Position numbers and translations under genes: made by a program. The notes under the pieces were generated by a model. The model was not told the origin of the DNA and did no database searches. It saw nothing but the letters and a program-made list of their open reading frames with translations. A DNA stretch of 63,313 nt, filler included, from Platydemus manokwari (Eukaryota), in NCBI GenBank assembly GCA_037951405.1. It is 6 parts of 6 records of this genome, joined end to end, with 100 filler letters (N's around TTAATTAATTAA, not from the genome) between each part and the next. Parts side by side here need not be neighbours in the genome. Positions count along the whole stretch, not along the records: positions 51,846 to 63,313 come from JBBMOY010662207.1; 5 more parts are not named here. One strand, written 5' to 3'. Within the stretch, counting starts at the first letter, position 1, and every line of letters starts with the position of its first letter. Below are positions 53,934 to 63,313 of this stretch, in pieces.

Positions 53934-55425
53934 ATGAGGAAAATTGTTATTATTTATTTAGTAAGTTTAATATTACTAGAGTTGATTGAAACACAAAATT
54001 TAACTAATTACACCAAAAAAAGGAGAAACAAAATGACTAAACCTGCAGTTCCAAATAAATTAGTTGTGCTATCTAATGATCAAAAAATTTCGAATTTTAA
54101 TGTTACAAATATATTTGGTGGAAATTCGAAAACACAGAATTTGAAACAGCAAGCGTTCAACAACACTAATGGAGTTTTTGCAAGTAGAAAATCAAGAAAA
54201 CTTTCCACTCCAAAACTCAAACCAGAAAAATTTCCCAGTTTTAATCAAATGGCTCAAAGATTTCCAACTAATTTTCCTAATATAAATTTTCCTAATATAA
54301 AGCCTATTCGTGGTAAAAAATTGAGTACAAAAATAATTTCAAATGTCGGAAATTCTACCAGTGTTAGTGACAAACCGGAAATTGTTAACTTTTCAACAAA
54401 ACAAAAGCCTAACAAATTTCAAAAACCTATTGATGAGAGCATTTTAAGAAACCTTTTTACTACAAATTCCAAACCAGGAAAATCTATCCGTTTGAGTACT
54501 AAGCCTAAGAAAGTTAAGAAAAAGAGCAGAACTAAAAGTACTAGTAGGAAGAGTAAGTTTGTCACAAAAAGTCATACATAATCATACTAACGCATATTAT
54601 TCTAATATAGATGTAGCGACTCAACCAACAAGTAATATTTTGAATTTTGCAACTACGGGTGAAAGCATTTTAACAAGACCAGTTGATTATTCTTCAAAAG
54701 TATTAGCTGACTACTTTTCAACTATTTCAGATGACCACAGTTCAACAAGTCAAAGTGAGCATTCCTCAACAGCCACGGTGGATCAACCTTCAACAGCCTC
54801 TAGTGACCAATACCCGACAGGTTCAGATGACCTTTCTATAACTGCTCAAGCTCATTACTCTTCAACAATTTTAGATGATTATTCTTCAGCGAGTTTAGTT
54901 GATCACTCCATAACAACTTCAGATAGTTTCTCATCGACAGCTCCAGATGATACATCTTCAACAACTCCGGCTCTAGTTGATTATTCTTCAACAAGTTCAG
55001 ATGACTATACGTCGACAACTACAGCGGACTATACTACAACAATTTCAGATGATCACTCATCAACAAGTTCACCTGATCATTCTGTAACAACTCCAGATAT
55101 CCTCTCTTCAACAGCTCCAGATGATCATTCTGTAACAACTCCAGATATCCTCTCATCAACAGCTTCAGATGATCATTCTCCGACAACTACCTTTGACTAC
55201 TCTTCCACAATTTCAGATGATTACTCTTCAACGATTTCTTCTGATAATTCTGTAACAACTCCAGATATCCTCTCTTCAACAGCTCCAGATGATCAATCTT
55301 TAACAACTTCAGCTGAACACTCTTCATCAATCCCAGATGACTACTCTTCAACAACTCCATTTAACAATGTTTTAACAAGCCTGTCTAATGAGGGTGAAGT
55401 GGCCCAGCATACTACAAACGTATAA
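53934..55425 (+). CDS. Secreted low-complexity protein: basic N-half plus Ser/Thr/Asp repeat (mucin-like) C-half, ~477 aa
   Basis: The two listed ORFs join through a 58-nt intron 54553-54610 (GTAAGT...TATAG) in matching phase 1. N-terminal signal-peptide-like MRKIVIIYLVSLILLELIET. Confidence 0.8.
54680..55360 (+). repeat. Coding ~24-nt (8-aa) degenerate tandem repeat
   Basis: Units such as DDHSSTTP, DDYSSTIS and PDILSSTA. GATCATTCTGTAACAACTCCAGATATCCTCTC recurs near-identically at ~55075, ~55123 and ~55243. Confidence 0.85.
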
Positions 55426-58205
55426 TTAAATAATTGGTTACTAAATGACAACAATCGGACATTTGTTATAGTGATCACTTTTGTGTTGAAATTCCTTTCA
55501 TAATTGATATCACTAAAATTTTAATGATTTTGGTTAATGGTAAATGATTTGTTTAATTAAGCTTTGAGGTTGTAGGGTGAAATATACATTCAATTTTTAT
55601 AGATCATATTTAAAATTATTTGAAAAAAATAATCCAGATATATTTCTCTTTCAATTAATAGATTCATTACACAAAATTAACTGTATAACATATCAATAAG
55701 GTTTATGGAAATAGGAGCAATATTCGTGAATATTTACTCTTTAAAGAACGAATATTTACACATACATACACGAAGAGCACTGTTCTTCTGTTACCACGCC
55801 ATACATCTAACAGAAATCGTACTTTTATCTTATTTTATTCATATTTATACAACATGGATTCTAAAATAATCACTAATTTTATTACTTATATTCTTAGAAC
55901 AAGTCAATATTTCTAAATAATGTTTTGATTTTCTGTCTAATTATTTTTTAAAGCTGACGAATTAATTCATTTTCATTTAAAAGATTCACGTACATTATGT
56001 GATCAAATAGGATCGAGAATTTATTATAAAATGAAAAAAAAAATTATGCGTTCCTCCAAATCAATATCATCACTTTCAAAGTAATATTCCAGAGACACAG
56101 TGTAGTTATACTAACATTTTATTTAATTCTCAAAACAGTACTTAGAGTTGATTTCTGGAATGGCCATATTTACACAATATGTTTCTTTCTTAATCTTCTT
56201 ATTTTAGTCGACGCGGTGTAACTGAAGTGATTTGTTATGTTTCTTGAACATCTGTAAGTCATTATTTGCCAAATCAAGCGAAAATGATGATTGTGGAAGG
56301 ATTTGGATTACATTTTTGGTGAAAAGATGCGAGAAGCTGATTTATGGTTGTGAAAAAAATTAAGAATTATCTATACATAATTCTAGATTATTGGGGCTAA
56401 AAATTCATTTAAACAACCTATAATACCTGTGAGGAAAATGTAAATTTTAATAATTTAATTACAAATATTTAAAATTTTAAAATTTTGAATTGAATTTAAA
56501 TGGATTTTTTGAAAATTTATTATTAGATAATTTTAAATATTTTTATTTCCATATTTTAATATTTATATTCCTGATTAAGACGTATAATAATTAAAACTCT
56601 TTTGCGAATATTTTAATTCGTTTAAAAAATGCTTCTTAATTATCGATAATTTTAAATTTTAATTGAGGTAGCTACCATAGCAACACCAAATAAAATTTAT
56701 TATTAACAATTTGACTCAATATAAGGAATTAATAATTCAAAAATATTATTAAAATCAAAGAAATTTGTCAACATAAACTTTTTTTTTTCTTTCTATGAAC
56801 ATGCTGAAAAATGTAATTATCAATCAAATACAAAACTAGTTATAATACAAAATTAGATAACCAAATGTATTACTATAATTAAGTAAAAACTGAACTGGCG
56901 AAGTGTGGCTCACTTAACTAAAGGGCAAGATTCACGATCAAATAATTCAAATAAAATAACGATCAATAATTTGGTCTTTACCTCGCTGACTAAATCGATT
57001 GGCTTGTGGAGGAGATTTCTATGATTGTCTTGTAGCTGACTAATACTGCTTGCTGTGACTAATTTTCTCTGACTACTATACGATCGTAGTGCTTCTGCTA
57101 GGTGACTGTGCTTGTAGTCTGATAAGTGGTTATTTGCAGTTAATTTTTTGGCGATTTGCTCTAAATCTCTAGCTACTTAAAAACTATTTTCGTTAAACCA
57201 ATCACAGTTTTTTTATTTCTGAAATTTTAAAATCCTATTTTTGTTTTCTAATTTATTTTTGTAATTAAAAAAATTATATTTTTAGTTTCTAGTCTATTTT
57301 TGTAATTATTAAATTCTATTTATATGATTTTCATTTATTTTTGGATTTTTAATTATGTGGTTATATTTGTGGGTGTAATATGTCGTTGTGTGACTCACTG
57401 TGGATTCGGATCCTAACAAGTATAAGAAAATTCTAAAATTGTTAGTTGATGATTTATTAGATGATTTATGTTTTTGTTAATCTCATACATGGTTAGTCTT
57501 AAACACGTTATAAACCCTCATATAGCACTATATACAACTAATATGGTCTTGTTTTCGACACAGTTTAGCATCACGGAAACTCAGCTACATCATAATAGTT
57601 TCTGCAACAAAAATTCAATTCTATTATTTTCTAGCATTGATCTTCTCAAAATCGAGTTCAAACGAGTGGTCTCGTTACTAGATGAAATTATTTCATAGCA
57701 AATGAATTGAAAACTAATTTAAGAACTTCAGACAACAAAAGTATATTTAGTCAAATCATTAAAACGAATTAGATTGGTCATTTATGTATTATAAATATAC
57801 TCAAAATATGAACTCAAAATTAACGAATGTTTTATTTCGTTTTCTTTCGATATTTGAATAGATATCAATGTTTTATTGAATATAATTTTTTTTAAATTGT
57901 TTAGTTTTGAAATTGAATTATATATCCTCTAGAGCCTTTGAGATTATTCTCTAAAATCTTTGCAGTAATATTTAATAGTGTTTTACAAATATTATAACTT
58001 TCAAAACGACTCAATTATTTGAAATGATTCGAATCTGTTATCAACTAGTATTTTCTGAATTTTACATGAAGTTATATCAATACCTTGTAAAATATAAATC
58101 GACAGTTTCTCAAAAAATTCCAAATTTTTGTTAGCATTAAATAAACTTTTGTTTAAATAATTTATATAAATTTTTCAATTTAAATAATATTTAATAAATC
58201 TATCG

Positions 58206-61200
58206 ATGACCAGTAACCCTAACTTTGTAAGTAGTGATGAAGTATATTCGGATATTAAAGAAATAGATCACATTTCAACTCACACAGTGGATTCATTAGC
58301 AACGCCAATCGAATCAAATAAATCCGATTACATTGTTGTAGGAGTTTTGTTTGTCATCAATTTATTAAATTATATTGACAGATTTACAATACCAGGTTTA
58401 CTTTATAGTTATTATAACATTATTTATTAATTTAAATGCATTTTTTCAGGCGTTTTGGGGGAAGTTAAGGTTTATTATAATAATATCGATGAGGCTGACG
58501 CAGGAATATTGCAAACCGCTTTTATAATAACATATATGTTATTCAGCCCACTTTTTGGATTTTTGGGGGATAGAATGAATAGAAAATGGATTATTATCAT
58601 CGGTGTATCATTTTGGTCATTAATTACTTTAATGAGTTCATTTATACCAAAAAATGTGAGCTAATTATTTTTAAATTATTTTATGCCCCGATTTTTCGAA
58701 TAACTTTATCGATAAATCATGAAATTTTATGATTATTTTAAGATTGAGCTTTCTTACTAAAGTCCGTTTTGGCACTTAAATAACTATTTTGTAATTAATG
58801 TTGATATTTTGTAATAATTTTATTATGTGATTGCGTAATTAATAAGCGAACGTTTGTTTAGTATTTTGTAGCGTTTGTTGTGATGAGATCTTTGGTGGGT
58901 GTCGGTGAGGCAAGCTACTCGACAGTTGCACCAACGATTATTTCAGATCTCTTTACCAAAGATAGGCGTACAAAAGTCATGGCATTTTTTTACTTTGCAG
59001 TACCGATCGGCAGGTAAAATTGCTAGTTTATTTTGGAATTCAATTGTCACCATTGTTCTGGCTACAAAACAAGTTTAAAATTTGATGATTTTAGCGGTGC
59101 TGGATTCATTATTGGTTATGGAATGTTGAAAATCTTTGGTGTGTGGCAAGCAGCATTACGATTGACACCGATAATCGGTATATTGTGTGTTGTGTTGTTG
59201 ATAATCTTTGTGAGAGAACCTCAACGGGGCCGAGCTGACGGAGGGACCCATTTGGCCGCATCACCATGGAAAGAAGATATTCGTCAATTGACGAAGAATC
59301 CTAGTTTCATGTTGATCACATTCGGATTTACGGCAGCATGTTTCGTTATTGGATCTGTATCGTGGTTTGCTGTGACATATCTGATATTTGGTATTAAAGC
59401 CCTCGAAATGAATGATAAAGCCGAAACAAACAGGTAGAATTCGTCATTGACGGGCTGACCAATCGATATTTTGGTGATTTTTTGCATTTTACAGTGTTCA
59501 ATTTATCTTTGGGGGTATGACGATTGTTGCCGGTATTTTGGGCGTTTTGATTGGCACTGAATCGGGACGGCGGTTGCGGAGGATTATTCCTTCGGCGGAT
59601 GCTCTTGTATGTTCGTTTGGATTGACTATATCAGCTCCTTTCTTCTTGACGAGCGTCGTACTAGCTAAATATCATTATAATTGGTCAATGGTGAGTGTCA
59701 GTATTGATTAAAAAAATATTATTTATTTATTTATTTATTTTTATATTTTTAGTATTTATTAGTTATATCCCTTTCCTATATTAATATTGATTTTCTGTCT
59801 ATTTAATTTTATAATAATAATTATAATAATTATTCAATTATTGATTGACTAATAATTATTGATAGCGTAAAAATTCGATATTGATTGAATAGATTTTATG
59901 GAATAATTTTTACAGTTCGTTTAATACAAATATTTGTTTGTATTAAATATGGTTAATGTTTTGTGTGTCATTATTTTGTGTTACTAAAAATAGAATTGAT
60001 AAATTCGATATCATCGATAATGTATTTTCGTGATTATGATCAACTGAAGATGAGCACGATAACGATAGAGTTGAATTGAAAACAGTCGATTATACAGATC
60101 GATGGAGTTGCGAATATATTGATTATCGTTTATGTTATTTTTATCATTATAATCGGATAATTTACCGATGTGCAACCATGCATGTGTGTGTGTGTCAATG
60201 CGTGACGGATGATGAATTTTAATGTTTCGATATCGATTTTGATTTGTTTAATGTGTATTGATACCCGTTTTCTGTTGTTTGAAAATTTGTTTGAATGGAC
60301 GATTTATCTTATCGGAATTTGTCAATTTTTATTATCTTGTAAGATGAATATAGATATATATCATTGACATCTCACGTGATTGTGGTTTAGCACTTGATAT
60401 ATTGAAACAATATTTTGATTTTATTGTCGATTATGTCACTGATAAATCAATAATTTATGCTTATCAACGGTTCTAAGTTTCGTTGTCGTTTTCTATCTCG
60501 ACAACAGCTGTATTAATCAAATAATCACCAATTATTAATCAAATAGACCTTTGAGTTTACATATTCAATGAATGTCAATCCTTTCAGAAGTTCTTCGTCA
60601 GCTAATATTGATAATTTAAACAAACCGTTATCGATAAGAAGTCGTCAGTTGACAGAATAAAAATTATAATCGAATATTTCATTTTAATAATCGCCATATC
60701 GAATGTTACGCCCAGTGCTTGTTAGGGTTTCCATATTGAAATGGTTGTGAAATATCACCATCACAAGTTATCGATTACAGTTAATAATTATGAGTGGTCA
60801 TAAATGATGATTATTATCGTTAATCTACGGGAAAATCGATCATCGGTTTCAAGTCATCAAATCCCTAACAATATTTCTGAATTATTGATTATTAATCCAT
60901 ATACCCAATGAACAGTTGCCACATTGATCGTTTTAATTAAATTTAATTGTCAAATTTATCACAGCTTGTCATTTAATATTATTGCGACATTCGTGCCAAT
61001 TTGGTGGCGAGCTTACTGCACATGAGTTTTCATTAATTAATCACAAGTATAAATCTAACCAATCAGATTTGAGAATCGTATATGAACGTGTGTGTCACAT
61101 ACTGCCTTGAGTAAGTGTTTTTATATAAAGGATGTGTTACACTTGAAATGTGGATTGAAATCAGTTCAGTAATTTTTATAATAAAATCAATATTTGTACT

Positions 61201-62742
61201 TTTAATAATTCGTTATGGTACTCACTAGATTGACTGAATTAATCTATTCGCAATTGTTTCGATTTCAATTTTGGTTTAATTTGTATTCATTTTAATAAAT
61301 TCACCTTTTGATTGCCATTCTGGGAAATTAATGTTTTCATGTCCTCATATTGTAAATTTAGACAGATATCTTTATATGATCTCACTTTATTTTATGGTAA
61401 ATAATTAAATCCATTAATTTGTTTTTCCAAATAGCTTTGATAAAGTTGAAAATACAGAGCTATCATTGGTACTGTTGGAATCCACTAAGCTGTCATCGGA
61501 TAACTTTAAATTCTAAAACCTGGTATTTTATCTTCAAATTAAATCTAAAAAATCCGTTATTTATAAAAAATTACCAAAAGACTTAGGCACTATATCTTTA
61601 ACCCTTTCAATACTGCGGGGATAAGTCCCAGAGAATGTTCAAAAATTACTGATGTGAAAAATATCCGCATTAAACTACTGCAGTGACATATGTGTCCCAA
61701 GGCATTTTTTCAAAAAAACCATATTTTTTAAAAATCTTAAATTATGTAAATATGTTCCTTTATTTATTTGCAGTACATATAGTGCAGTTATACAAAAATA
61801 TTTTCACTGGCCAAAAGTCGTATTGAAAGGATTAAGTAGTAAAAATGTCATTATTATTTATTATTATTAAAAAAGGATGACTATGTGGAGTTGAGGTTCA
61901 ATCAACAAATCTGTTATGTCTCAATATTGTATGACTCGGACTTTCAACCCACATGCTTTCATAACTATTTATACTATCAATGATGGGATTGTTTATTATA
62001 TGAATTTCATTTCTATTTTTATAATTGTTTACTTAATTTGTTTAGTTTACACAATAATAAACAAATGATTAATACCCTTTTAATATATAATTAGATAAAC
62101 AATTTTCCATTCATTTCTTATTATTTATTATCAAGTAGATACATTTTTCACGTCATCGAGATTTATGTTTGACGTTTCCATATTTTTGGTTTTTTAAATC
62201 ATTTTCAGGAGATTTTCTTGTCCCAAATATTAGTTATAAACATTATGATAATAATTGATGGGTTTATTGATAACAAAACCATTTTCAGGTGACTATATTT
62301 TTCACTCAAACATTACTTTGTCTCAATTGGGCTCTGGTGACCGATATGACAATGGTATGATGGACTACTTGTCCATAAAGTTGATGTGATTGTTAAGATT
62401 AATTTTCTAGAGTGTTGTTATTCCTTCTCGTCGAGCTACAGCGACTGCTTATCAGATGGTTCTTTCTCACGCATTAGGTGATGCCGGTAGCCCATACATC
62501 ATCGGACAGGTAATGCATGGAGTGTGTTGGTGATACCGATGATGATTGAATAATATTTCAGATAAAGGATTCAATCAAAACCATTTTGAAACCGCTTATT
62601 TCCGAATTGGATGCCGATTATTACAGTATGCAATACGCTCTGCTGTTGAATTGCATTGTTTCAGTTATTGGTGGCATTTTCTTCTGTATCGCTTCATTTC
62701 ACATTGTGAAAGACAAGCACAATGTTGTCAAGGTGATTGAAG
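58206..62742 (+). CDS. spin: Spinster-family MFS lysosomal transporter (3' end beyond identified exons)
   Basis: Exons 58206-58395, 58450-58655, 58862-59013, 59095-59433, 59495-59690, 62289-62354, 62411-62509, 62562-62742, all GT-AG and in phase. Motifs [61 protein letters not shown]. Confidence 0.95.
61602..61831. mobile_element. piggyBac-type MITE in the long spinster intron
   Basis: TTAA|CCCTTTCAATAC ... GTATTGAAAGGA|TTAA: a TTAA duplication with a 12-bp TIR carrying one terminal mismatch. Confidence 0.85.
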
Positions 62743-63313
62743 GTGAGTAGTGGTCATTTCGAGATTGATTGAATATAATCATTATTATCTTGTTACATTT
62801 GAAATAATCTTATTTGGAAACGTTTTATAATAAAATCAATAAACAAATATCGAGAAAATTTTCACAAATCACCAGTTTAAATCACAAATGATAAAAATAA
62901 TATATCGATGATATGTGAAATGGTTTTCAATGATCAATTCTGATATATTAAGATGGTCAATCCTTCTCTCTTGTATTGAAATGTCGATGTGAATTTGATA
63001 ACGGAATCGATTATTATTATCAGCAGCTCACTGTCGCCGTGTGGTGTTCTGTTCTTTGTAATTTTACAAATCATTATCTTATTACAAAAATATCGTGTTG
63101 ATATTACTTTTATAATTACATTTTTATTTCAAAAATATCGATTATAAAATGTTTAATGATTTACACAATGACGAGTCAATGAACTACAGCTCTAATAACG
63201 ATTTTGCACTTTAAAATCGAAATACTCAACATTCCATTAAAATTATCATTATGTTAATAATCAATATAATGATTATTATTTTATTTTCATTTATAAATGA
63301 TTATATTTTAATA

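Noticed and set aside
54553-54610. Apparent frameshift between overlapping ORFs 53934-54581 and 54559-55425
   Set aside because: Resolved by a canonical in-phase intron.
56866-57210. LTR-like or repeat-like block with recurring GACTA/CTGAC motifs
   Set aside because: No defined termini, TSD or second copy in the window.

Overview
Very AT-rich eukaryotic (animal) draft-assembly DNA with short (~40-60 nt) spliceosomal introns. This is compatible with a triclad flatworm or similar invertebrate, which is an inference only. The window consists of six contigs joined by identical 100-nt artificial linkers (44 N + TTAATTAATTAA + 44 N), so adjacency across linkers is unreliable. Host genes: a tandem pair of EEPD1-like EEP-domain genes (the second degenerate); the 3' part of membralin/TMEM259 with an unusually long C-terminal exon; a DHRS11-like SDR with an inverted pseudogene copy; two intronless head-to-head cytochrome P450s; a two-exon secreted protein with a basic half and an acidic Ser/Thr-repeat half; and spinster (SPNS). 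The rest is largely TE debris: five fragments of RLE-type (R2/NeSL-like) non-LTR retroelements, Gypsy and Copia remnants, hAT, mariner and piggyBac non-autonomous elements, and a Polinton/adintovirus-type PolB fossil. I found no clearly defined new multi-gene system. The best leads are the membralin extension, the charge-bipartite secreted protein, the catalytically deviant EEPD1-like pair, the PolB fossil and the RLE retroelement cluster. All family assignments come from recognising motifs by eye; no database search was run.
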